Origin: Halarcobacter sp. | Lineage (GTDB): Bacteria; Campylobacterota; Campylobacteria; Campylobacterales; Arcobacteraceae | Length of the DNA stretch: 64,000 bases | Direction of reading: 5' to 3' | NCBI GenBank assembly: GCA_048571215.1 | Contig: CP182352.1 | Span: 2,944,001-3,008,000, forward strand | In this document: positions 1 through 8,754 of the stretch, piece after piece | Numbering within the stretch: the first letter of the stretch is position 1 | Layout: every line of letters begins with the position of its first letter | The notes under the pieces: generated by a model | What the model saw: only the letters and a program-made list of their open reading frames with translations | What the model was told of the DNA's origin: nothing | Database searches by the model: none | Translations under genes and position numbers: made by a program

Positions 1-143
1 CTTAAAGTTTCCCATTCAGGGATACCTTTACTTGCATTGTCTCTTTTTTCCCTTACAAACCATAAAGCTTTATCATGCCAATGCATTCTCTCATCATTTG
101 CTACAAACTCTTTTGCTTTTTGTGGATGGTCAAAATTACTCAT
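1..143 (-). CDS. lutB: Lactate utilization Fe-S protein LutB/LldF, N-terminal part (runs off window)
   Basis: Hand translation MSNFDHPQKAKEFVANDERMHWHDKALWFVREKRD...IPEWETL; starts 1 nt after the lutA stop. Confidence 0.75.
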   Translation of the reverse strand, partial: MSNFDHPQKAKEFVANDERMHWHDKALWFVREKRDNASKGIPEWETL

Positions 144-144
144 T

Positions 145-888
145 TTAAAACTCCCCTGCAAGAATTTCAGTTATATGCATAACCTTTATCTCTTGTTGAT
201 TTCTATTTATTAAGCCTTCCATATGCATCAAACAAGACATATCAGCTCCTGTTATTATCTGTGCTTGAGCATCTAGGTGATCTTTGATTCTGTCTTTTCC
301 CATAGCAACAGAGACATCCTCTTCTGTTACACAAAAAGTACCTCCAAAACCACAACACTCATCATCTCTTTTTAATTCAACAATCTCAATATCTTTTACC
401 AATGATAGTAGATTTTTTAATTTATTATTTTGAGGGATATTTAGTTCACTAGCACTCCCTAAACCTAAAGCTCTATGTCCATGACAAGAGTTATGAATAC
501 CAACTTTATATGGAAAGCTTACATCTAGTTTTTCTATTTTTAGTATATCGTGTAAAAATTCACACACTTCATATATAGAGGTTTTAACCTTATTATAATC
601 AGTATTATCATCCTCAAAAAAAGGCTCATAATGTTCTTTAACCATAGTTACACAAGAACCACTTGGAGCAACTATATAATCATATGATTTAAAATTTTCA
701 ACAAACTGGTACGCTAAATCCTTCATATCTTTAGAACACCCTGAGTTTGCCATAGGTTGTCCACAACAGGTTTGCTCCATTGGATATTCAACATCTAATC
801 CAATGTTTTCAAGAAGTTTTAGTGTTGCCATACAACTTTTTGGGTATAACTCATTCATAAAACATGGGATAAAAAGACCTACTTTCAT
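145..888 (-). CDS. lutA: Lactate utilization protein LutA/LldE (two CCG domains)
   Basis: MKVGLFIPC, QTCCGQP, PSGSC, HNSCH and ECCGFGGTF motifs. Confidence 0.85.
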   Translation of the reverse strand: MKVGLFIPCFMNELYPKSCMATLKLLENIGLDVEYPMEQTCCGQPMANSGCSKDMKDLAYQFVENFKSYDYIVAPSGSCVTMVKEHYEPFFEDDNTDYNKVKTSIYEVCEFLHDILKIEKLDVSFPYKVGIHNSCHGHRALGLGSASELNIPQNNKLKNLLSLVKDIEIVELKRDDECCGFGGTFCVTEEDVSVAMGKDRIKDHLDAQAQIITGADMSCLMHMEGLINRNQQEIKVMHITEILAGEF

Positions 889-955
889 TCCTTCTCCTTA
901 GAAGATTTTTCTAATTTTAAAAGTATATATTTTTTGTATGAGATAAATATGATAT

Positions 956-1525
956 TTATTTTTTTATAAAGATTGTGCAGTCATTTTCTAAATAATCATC
1001 TTTTATATAAAAATCACTTGATAATTTTTTACATAAGTTTTGTACTTCATTTTTTGATATTAGATTAAAAGAATCTTCCCTTAAGAAATTAAAAATAAAC
1101 CCTTTTTTTGAGGCCTTGTAACAGTTTTCTATTGCTCTTTTAAAATCATCTTTTACTAGTATATTTAATGCGCCACTACATATTAAGTAATCTGCTTGGG
1201 GTATTTCATCTTCTAGTACATCAACTTTTCTAAAAAATTCCCTAGAAAATCTTTTTTGGCAGATATTTATCATAAAACCTTCACAATCTATCCCTAAATA
1301 TGATTTAAAAGCTTTATTTTCATTTTTTAGATAATTAAGATATTCCCCATATCCACAGCCAACATCAATTAAGCTTGAATCTTTTAATTGATCTTTTATA
1401 AAACTTGTTAATACTTCAAATCTAATATATTGTCTGCTTTTTGAACTCCAATGAACCCCTTTTGCACTAATTCCATATTTTTCATAAGCTTTTTTATAAA
1501 ACTTTTTATTATCTACTTTTTTCAT
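956..1525 (-). CDS. Class I SAM-dependent methyltransferase
   Basis: LIDVGCGYG motif I, YLGID and DYLICSGALN. Confidence 0.8.
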   Translation of the reverse strand: MKKVDNKKFYKKAYEKYGISAKGVHWSSKSRQYIRFEVLTSFIKDQLKDSSLIDVGCGYGEYLNYLKNENKAFKSYLGIDCEGFMINICQKRFSREFFRKVDVLEDEIPQADYLICSGALNILVKDDFKRAIENCYKASKKGFIFNFLREDSFNLISKNEVQNLCKKLSSDFYIKDDYLENDCTIFIKK

Positions 1526-1528
1526 ATA

Positions 1529-1963
1529 TTAATTTAATTTCTCTATTATTACACCATTATCTTTAATGAATTTAGAGATTATATCAGAGTTGTTATGTTC
1601 ATATGATTTATCGTAAACTATCCTTTTAATACCTGCTGCAATTAGATTCTTTGAACATTCACTACAAGGTTCAAGGGTTACGTAAATAGTTGCATCTTCT
1701 ATAGATATACCTTTTCTTGCAGCCCAAATAAGAGCATTCATCTCTGCATGGATTTCATAGGTTTTTGACCATTCATGATGATCTTTTGTATACTCTCCAT
1801 TCCAATGTGTACTACAATTTGTATAACCAGCAGGAGTTCCATTGTAACCGGTTGATAGAATTCTTCCATCTTTTACTATCACTGCTCCAACTTGTTTTGA
1901 AACACATTTGGAAGCACTTGCTATCTCATGTGCAATATTTATAAAATTTTTATCAGTTATCAT
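1529..1963 (-). CDS. dCMP deaminase family protein
   Basis: STGYNG plus HAEMNA and PCSEC zinc motifs. Confidence 0.9.
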   Translation of the reverse strand: MITDKNFINIAHEIASASKCVSKQVGAVIVKDGRILSTGYNGTPAGYTNCSTHWNGEYTKDHHEWSKTYEIHAEMNALIWAARKGISIEDATIYVTLEPCSECSKNLIAAGIKRIVYDKSYEHNNSDIISKFIKDNGVIIEKLN

Positions 1964-1986
1964 CTATCTACCTCTTAAGTTACATA

Positions 1987-2007
1987 TTAATTGCATGTTA
2001 ATTGCAT
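1987..2007. promoter_or_regulatory. Tandem direct repeat TTAATTGCAT x2 (11-bp period) in a divergent promoter region
   Basis: Copies at 1987-1996 and 1998-2007. Confidence 0.4.
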
Positions 2008-2173
2008 AAAAAATGTAATTTTAATTTTATTCAATTTTTTTAAAATTTTTAATGATTTTACTCTAATTTGATATAGTTTTAACTAAAAAAAGTGCAAAAA
2101 TTTAAATTTGTAAAAGATTTTGTAACTATAATTATGCTATTATTTCCAAAATTTTAATTATAAAAGGTTTGAT

Positions 2174-2641
2174 ATGGATTTTAAAGAGATAAAAGAACTA
2201 ATCAGAGTATTCGATAAAAGTGAATTAAATAAACTAAAAGTAAAAGAGGGTGAATTTGAAGTTTCAATGCAAAAAGGTTTTGAAGGTTCTACTGTAGTTA
2301 CAAGTACACCAGCTTATAATGCACCAGCTCCAGTTGCACAAGTTGCAGCTCCTGCTCCTGTTGCTCAAGCTGCAAGTGAAGCACCATCTACTGCTATTCA
2401 AGGTGAAACTATCAACTCTCCAATGGTAGGTACATATTATTCATCTCCATCACCAGGTGCTGCTGCATTTATTAAAGAGGGAGATACAGTTAAAAAAGGT
2501 CAAACTTTATGTATTTTAGAAGCAATGAAGATAATGAATGAAGTTGAAGCTGAATTTGATTGTAAGATTGTAAGTATGCTAGTTGAAAACGGGAACCCAG
2601 TAGAGTACGATATGCCTCTATTCGTAATTGAAAAATTATAA
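2174..2641 (+). CDS. accB: Acetyl-CoA carboxylase biotin carboxyl carrier protein
   Basis: EAMKIMN biotinylation motif, Ala/Pro linker, SPMVGT. Confidence 0.97.
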   Translation: MDFKEIKELIRVFDKSELNKLKVKEGEFEVSMQKGFEGSTVVTSTPAYNAPAPVAQVAAPAPVAQAASEAPSTAIQGETINSPMVGTYYSSPSPGAAAFIKEGDTVKKGQTLCILEAMKIMNEVEAEFDCKIVSMLVENGNPVEYDMPLFVIEKL

Positions 2642-2654
2642 TAAAGATTAATAA

Positions 2655-4007
2655 ATGGCAGAAATAAAAAAAATATTAATAGCAAATAGAGGGGAAATAG
2701 TTCAAAGAGCTATTAGAACTATTCGAGAAATGGGAAAAAAATCTGTTGCTATTTATAGTGCAGGTGATAAAGAGGCTTCATACCTAAAACATGCAGATGA
2801 GGCAATCTGTATTGGTGATGTTAAATCAATAGATTCATACTTAAATATTCCTGCAATTATTACAGCAGCAGAGATAACAGGTTGTGATGCAATTTTCCCA
2901 GGATATGGATTTTTATCAGAAAATCAAGACTTTGTTGAGATTTGTAGATTACATAATGTAAAGTTCATTGGTCCATCTGTAGAAGTTATGGAAAAAATGG
3001 CTGATAAATCAAAAGCAAAAGAAGAGATGATAAGAGCTGGCGTTCCTGTAGTACCAGGAAGTGATGGAGCTGTTCATTCTGTTGAAGAGGGTAAAAAAGT
3101 TGCAGCTGAGATTGGCTATCCTATTATGGCAAAAGCATCTGCTGGTGGCGGTGGTAGAGGTATGAGACTAATTGAAAGTGAAGAGAAGTTTGAACAACTT
3201 TTTACTGCAGCATCCTCAGAAGCCCTTGCCGCATTTGGTGATGGAACTATGTATTTAGAAAGATTTATCAATAAACCAAGACATATTGAGGTTCAAGTTA
3301 TTGGTGACTCACATGGAAATGCTATTCATATTGGGGAAAGAGATTGTTCTTTACAAAGAAGACATCAAAAAGTTATTGAAGAATCTCCTGCAATTCTATT
3401 AAATGATGAAACAAGAGCCCATCTGCATGATGTTGCGGTTAAAGCAACTAAATATCTTAAATATGAAGGTGCAGGTACATTTGAATTTTTAGCTGATGAT
3501 AGTCAAAATATCTATTTCATGGAGATGAATACAAGACTTCAAGTTGAACATCCTGTTTCTGAAATGGTTTCAGGTCTTGATATTATAGAATGGATGATAA
3601 AAGTAGCAGAAGGGGATGAGTTACCACCTCAAGAGGCTATCAAATTTAGAGGCCATGCGATAGAGTGTAGAATCACAGCAGAAGACCCAAACTCTTTTTT
3701 ACCAAGTCCAGGAAAAGTAACTCAATGGATGGTTCCAGGGGGAAGAAACGTTAGAGTTGACTCACATGTTTATACAAACTATGTGGTACCTCCATATTAT
3801 GATTCAATGATTGGTAAATTGATTGTTTGGGGAAGAAGTAGAGAAAAAGCAATCAACATTATGAAAAGAGCTCTAAATGAGTTTGAAGTTGAGGGTATTA
3901 GAACTACTATTCCTTTTCATCAAAAAATGATGGAAAATGAAGATTTCATTAACAATACATACGATACTAAATATTTAGAAAACTATAAAAATTTAGATCA
4001 ACTATAA
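2655..4007 (+). CDS. accC: Biotin carboxylase
   Basis: LIANRGEI, GGGGRGMR, ERDCSLQRRHQK, EMNTRLQVEH. Confidence 0.97.
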   Translation: MAEIKKILIANRGEIVQRAIRTIREMGKKSVAIYSAGDKEASYLKHADEAICIGDVKSIDSYLNIPAIITAAEITGCDAIFPGYGFLSENQDFVEICRLHNVKFIGPSVEVMEKMADKSKAKEEMIRAGVPVVPGSDGAVHSVEEGKKVAAEIGYPIMAKASAGGGGRGMRLIESEEKFEQLFTAASSEALAAFGDGTMYLERFINKPRHIEVQVIGDSHGNAIHIGERDCSLQRRHQKVIEESPAILLNDETRAHLHDVAVKATKYLKYEGAGTFEFLADDSQNIYFMEMNTRLQVEHPVSEMVSGLDIIEWMIKVAEGDELPPQEAIKFRGHAIECRITAEDPNSFLPSPGKVTQWMVPGGRNVRVDSHVYTNYVVPPYYDSMIGKLIVWGRSREKAINIMKRALNEFEVEGIRTTIPFHQKMMENEDFINNTYDTKYLENYKNLDQL

Positions 4008-4016
4008 TAATTGAAA

Positions 4017-4044
4017 AGTAGGAGAAGAGCTCTCTTTTCCTACT
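4017..4044 (+). terminator. Hairpin after accC
   Basis: agtaggagaaga-gctc-tcttttcctact inverted repeat. Confidence 0.55.
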
Positions 4045-4248
4045 ACATCTACCACAAAAGCATATATTTATAATTATTTAGATACAATGGGCGAAATTAT
4101 ACACATATATTTACTATTTGTTACTTTGAGTTTCGTTTTCAAAGCCTAGCTTTCACTCTAAGCATTCAGTTTTTTAAGAAAATTCTATAATAGAATCTAA
4201 AGTTTATATTCGTGTATCAATTTTATATTATACACAAAAAGGCAATAG

Positions 4249-5709
4249 ATGACTTTTAAAGATTTTAACTTTAAAGATAGCTTACAAAAAGCTATAAATG
4301 ATGCTGGTTTTAAAGAACCAAGTCCAATACAAGCAGATGCAATACCAGTAGTATTACAGGGTAAAGATATGGTTGGACAAGCACAAACTGGTACTGGTAA
4401 AACAGCCGCTTTTGGTTTACCAATTATAAATATGATGAAAGGTAACGCTGGTGTTGAAGCTGTAGTTATCGTTCCAACAAGAGAACTTGCAATGCAAGTA
4501 TCTGATGAACTGTTTAGATTCGGTAAGATTTCTGGAATGAATACAGCCACAGTTTATGGTGGTCAATCATATAATATGCAATTAAGAAATATTGATAGAG
4601 CATCAATTATTGTTGCAACTCCTGGAAGATTAATTGACTTATTAAAAGGTAAGAAGATTGAAATAAAACCATCTTTTGTAGTTTTAGATGAAGCTGATGA
4701 GATGTTAGATATGGGATTTCTTGATGACATTAAAGAGATTTTTACATATTTGCCAAAAGATAGACAAACACTACTATTCTCTGCAACAATGCCACAAGCT
4801 ATTAAAAAACTTGCACAAAATATTTTAAAAGAGCCAGAGTTTATTACAGTTACAAAAGCTGAAATGACAAACTCTAAAATTACTCAAAGCTTTTATGTTG
4901 TTGATGAATATGAGAGAGATGATGCTTTAATTAGACTTTATGATTTCAAAAATCCTGAAAAATCTATCATTTTCTGTAGAACTAAAAAAGAAGTTGATAG
5001 ATTATCAACATTTTTAGTTTCTCAAGGACATATGGCAAAAGGTCTTCATGGTGACATGGAACAAAGACAAAGAGAAGAGGTAATCAAATCGTTTAAAAAA
5101 GGTGCCTTAGATGTACTAATTGCTACGGATGTTGCAGCAAGAGGACTTGATGTAAATGATGTTTCTCATGTATTTAATTACCATTTACCATTTGATACTG
5201 AATCTTATGTACATAGAATTGGTAGAACAGGAAGAGCTGGAAAAGAAGGTGTTGCTGTATCAATTGTAACTCCACATGAATTTAGAATGATTCAAAAAAT
5301 CCAAAGTTCAACTGGTGGAAAACTTGAAGCAAAAGTTATACCTAATATTAGTTCAGTAAAAGAGAAAAAAACTGATAGTTTAAAATCAAAAATTGATGAA
5401 CAAAAAGTTTATGATTCGGGGATTGCTTTAGTTGAATCTTTAAAAGAAACATATGACTTATCTACTATAGCTCATAAATTAGCTTCAATGCTAACTAACT
5501 CTACATATGTAAAAGGTAGTAACTATATTGGTAAATCAGAAATTGATATCCAAAGACTTTTTGATAGACTAAAAAATGACAACTCATCAGATAGAAATAG
5601 TAGAGGTGGTAGAAGAAACTCAAGAGGTGGAGGAAGTTCTGGAAGAGGAAACTTTAGAAATAGACGTAACTCTTCATCTAGAAATAGAAATAGTTCCCCA
5701 AAAAGATAA
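4249..5709 (+). CDS. DEAD-box RNA helicase
   Basis: AQTGTGKT, PTRELA, TPGR, DEAD, SAT, ARGLD and HRIGRTGR motifs; R/G/S-rich tail. Confidence 0.96.
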   Translation: MTFKDFNFKDSLQKAINDAGFKEPSPIQADAIPVVLQGKDMVGQAQTGTGKTAAFGLPIINMMKGNAGVEAVVIVPTRELAMQVSDELFRFGKISGMNTATVYGGQSYNMQLRNIDRASIIVATPGRLIDLLKGKKIEIKPSFVVLDEADEMLDMGFLDDIKEIFTYLPKDRQTLLFSATMPQAIKKLAQNILKEPEFITVTKAEMTNSKITQSFYVVDEYERDDALIRLYDFKNPEKSIIFCRTKKEVDRLSTFLVSQGHMAKGLHGDMEQRQREEVIKSFKKGALDVLIATDVAARGLDVNDVSHVFNYHLPFDTESYVHRIGRTGRAGKEGVAVSIVTPHEFRMIQKIQSSTGGKLEAKVIPNISSVKEKKTDSLKSKIDEQKVYDSGIALVESLKETYDLSTIAHKLASMLTNSTYVKGSNYIGKSEIDIQRLFDRLKNDNSSDRNSRGGRRNSRGGGSSGRGNFRNRRNSSSRNRNSSPKR

Positions 5710-5730
5710 AAAGAGATTTTCTCTTTTTAT
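5706..5730. terminator. Bidirectional terminator-like hairpin between convergent genes
   Basis: ataaaaagaga-ttt-tctctttttat. Confidence 0.55.
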
Positions 5731-5936
5731 CTATAATGTTTTTTTAAAACCCTTCTAGCTTTTTTAAACGCAGCCTTAGTATCTCTACCAAAGCCTCTAA
5801 AGGCACCATCTTTATTAAAAAATTCAACCATTTCTAGTTTACCTTTTTTTATAATCACAGCTCTGAAGATATTAAATTCTTTTTTTACTTTAGAAACTTC
5901 TGGATAACTCTCTTTTGTAAGTATACTTATACTCAT
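5727..5936 (-). CDS. Small basic hypothetical protein (69 aa)
   Basis: ORF with an AAGGAG SD, in otherwise intergenic space. Confidence 0.7.
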   Translation of the reverse strand: MSISILTKESYPEVSKVKKEFNIFRAVIIKKGKLEMVEFFNKDGAFRGFGRDTKAAFKKARRVLKKHYR

Positions 5937-6201
5937 TTTGTCTCCTTTTATATATTTTCTCTATATTTTATGGGTATTCTATACAAATTTATGAATTTTG
6001 TCAAGTCTAATTAAAAAAATATAAAATAAGTAATTGAATTTTGACTTAAATTTCGAAAAAAATATGGAATAATTTATAGAGAATACAAATAATATACATA
6101 GCTTAGTAATATTAAATTTAAGTTTAATTAAAGATTATATAAAGAAATATCCATTACAATCCTACAAAACTTTAATTACAAATTGGTTACAAAGGATTAT
6201 T

Positions 6202-7782
6202 TTGGATATAAAAACAATAGATACCTTCGACAGAGCTACTGATAAAACACTCCCAACATTTGCTAAATTATCACTAAGTTTACTTTTTGTTTTAGTTGTA
6301 TTTTTATGGAGTTACACATCTCATGGGGATATGCATAATAATACATTTTTAATTATTGGTGCAGTATTTGGTGCATATATGGCAATGAATATTGGGGCAA
6401 ATGATGTGGCAAATAATGTGGGTCCAGCAGTTGGTTCAAAAGCTATGACTATGATGTGGGCAATAGTTTTAGCAGCTGTTTTTGAAACAGCTGGAGCTTT
6501 TATAGCTGGAGGTGATGTTGTTAAAACAATTAAAAAAGGGATTATAGACCCAGCTTTAATTGAAAATCCTGATGTTTTTATTTGGGCTATGACAGCTGCG
6601 TTGTTAGCAGCAGCTATGTGGCTTAACTTTGCAACTTCTGTTGGAGCACCAGTATCAACTACACACTCAATTGTTGGTGGTGTTATGGGAGCAGGAATCG
6701 CAGCAGCGGGATTTGATATTGTTTCATGGGAAACAATGGGTAAAATTGCTGCTTCTTGGGTTATATCCCCTATTCTTGGTGGAATTATAGCCGCCGCATT
6801 TTTATACTTTATTAAAATGAAAATTATATACCAAAAAGATTTATTGGCATCCGCAAGAAAATTTGTACCTATATTAGTAGCCTTCATGTCTTGGGCTTTT
6901 TCTACCTATCTAATACTAAAAGGTATTAAAAAATTAATCAAACTTGACTTTTTTTCTGCTGCTGCCATTGCAATTGTAATAGCAGTCTTAATTTATGTTT
7001 TGATTAAACCAATGATAATAAAAGTTTCAAAAAAGATTAAAAATGATAGAGAAGGGGTAAATTCACTTTTTACTATCCCTTTAATTTTTGCTGCTGCCTT
7101 ACTTTCATTTGCCCATGGAGCAAATGATGTTGCAAATGCAATTGGACCACTTGCTGCTATAAATGATGCAGTTATAAATGCTGGAATCTCTTCAAAAGTT
7201 GGTATACCTTTTTGGGTTATGGCTGTTGGTGCTATTGGAATCTCATTGGGGCTTGTATTATATGGTCCAAGATTGATTAAAACTGTTGGTAGTGAGATTA
7301 CTGAGCTTGATCAAATTAGAGCTTTCTGTATTGCTATGGCTGCTGCTATCACTGTTATTATAGCTTCTCAACTAGGTCTTCCTGTATCTTCAACACATAT
7401 TGCTGTGGGAGGGGTATTTGGAGTAGGTTTTTTAAGAGAATGGTTAGATTCAAGTGAAGAGAAATTTTTAAAAGATGTAAGAACAAAATTTAAAAAAGAT
7501 AAAAAAACACTTGATGATTATCAAGATGAGCTTATAAAATTAGAAAAACTTGATAAAAAAAGTAAATCTGATTATATAAGAATTGCTGAGCTTTACAAGA
7601 AAATTGAAGAAAAAGAGGAACTTGTAAAAGAGGAAAAAAGAGAATTTAAATCTGCTAAAAGAGTTAAATATGTAAAAAGAGATGCGGTAAAAAAAATAAT
7701 TGCTGCTTGGATTATTACAGTACCAGCAGCTGCTGTTTTATCTGCTGCTATTTTCTTTATGATAAAAGGTATCATGGGATAA
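6202..7782 (+). CDS. Inorganic phosphate transporter (PiT family)
   Basis: Two GANDVAN signature repeats, PVSTTH and PVSSTH; TTG start after AAGGA. Confidence 0.93.
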   Translation: MDIKTIDTFDRATDKTLPTFAKLSLSLLFVLVVFLWSYTSHGDMHNNTFLIIGAVFGAYMAMNIGANDVANNVGPAVGSKAMTMMWAIVLAAVFETAGAFIAGGDVVKTIKKGIIDPALIENPDVFIWAMTAALLAAAMWLNFATSVGAPVSTTHSIVGGVMGAGIAAAGFDIVSWETMGKIAASWVISPILGGIIAAAFLYFIKMKIIYQKDLLASARKFVPILVAFMSWAFSTYLILKGIKKLIKLDFFSAAAIAIVIAVLIYVLIKPMIIKVSKKIKNDREGVNSLFTIPLIFAAALLSFAHGANDVANAIGPLAAINDAVINAGISSKVGIPFWVMAVGAIGISLGLVLYGPRLIKTVGSEITELDQIRAFCIAMAAAITVIIASQLGLPVSSTHIAVGGVFGVGFLREWLDSSEEKFLKDVRTKFKKDKKTLDDYQDELIKLEKLDKKSKSDYIRIAELYKKIEEKEELVKEEKREFKSAKRVKYVKRDAVKKIIAAWIITVPAAAVLSAAIFFMIKGIMG

Positions 7783-7837
7783 AAGCTTTTAAACTACTTT
7801 TTTTTGGTAAAATTCCTTTTTTAAAAAAGGAATTTTT

Positions 7838-8752
7838 ATCGACGCACTATTATCTGTAGCAACAATTTATCTATTTATTATTATTGGCTTTATTTATAAA
7901 AGGGTTTTTAAAGAGCAAGTACAAGAAAGAAGTTTTGTACTTTTAAACTTATACTTTCTACAGCCTATACTTATTTTTTGGGGATTAAATAGATCTTCTA
8001 TAACAAATGATTTTATTCTTTCACCTTTTATATATTTTATAGCAATTTTTATTACATTGGCAATTGCTTATTTTTATGCAAAAACTATTTTTAGGGATTA
8101 CCGAGACAAATCTATTTTTATGGCATCTTCCCTTGTTGGAAATACAGGGAACTTAGGAATTCCACTTGGTATTGCTCTTTTGGGAGAAGCTAGTGTTCCA
8201 TACACCTCTATTTTAAATATTGCTAATGTTTTCTTTATTTATATCTTTTCAGTCTATTTTTTTGCAGGAAACAAGTTTAGTTTTAAAAAAGCGATAATAG
8301 AGGTATTTAAAATACCCGCTATTTGGTTTGCCATCTTAGCAATCACCTATAACTACAATGGCTTTAAACTAAATGAGGATTTTGATAAACTATTTACCAT
8401 GGGAGCATATGCAGCTATTGTTATGCAACTTGTTATTTTTGGGATTTTTATGTCTCAAGTTAAAATAAAAACGGCAAATTGGAAACTTTCACTTAATATC
8501 TCTTTGTTTAAACATATAATTTTACCATTGGTTGGTTTGTATGTGATTTTATATTTCAATATAAGCCCTTTTGTGGGTGCTATTATCTTTTTGGAACTAA
8601 TTGTACCTCTTGCAGTAAATAACGTTAATTTGGCATCCCTATATAACTGTAAACCTATAGATACAACTTTTTCTGTACTTATTAGTTCCATACTATTTAT
8701 TGGTCTAATCTTTTTATACCTTTTAGTTATGCATAGTTTTTTTAGGATTTAG
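7838..8752 (+). CDS. AEC (auxin efflux carrier) family transporter, probable non-canonical ATC start
   Basis: GNTGNLGIPLG and KHIILPL motifs; frame stays open and hydrophobic for 73 codons upstream of 8057 to an ATC placed 5 nt after AAGGAA. Confidence 0.75.
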   Translation: MDALLSVATIYLFIIIGFIYKRVFKEQVQERSFVLLNLYFLQPILIFWGLNRSSITNDFILSPFIYFIAIFITLAIAYFYAKTIFRDYRDKSIFMASSLVGNTGNLGIPLGIALLGEASVPYTSILNIANVFFIYIFSVYFFAGNKFSFKKAIIEVFKIPAIWFAILAITYNYNGFKLNEDFDKLFTMGAYAAIVMQLVIFGIFMSQVKIKTANWKLSLNISLFKHIILPLVGLYVILYFNISPFVGAIIFLELIVPLAVNNVNLASLYNCKPIDTTFSVLISSILFIGLIFLYLLVMHSFFRI

Positions 8753-8754
8753 AT

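Noticed and set aside
6065..6080. TGGAATAATTTATAGA upstream of pit resembling the nif sigma54 boxes
   Set aside because: It lacks the essential -12 GC
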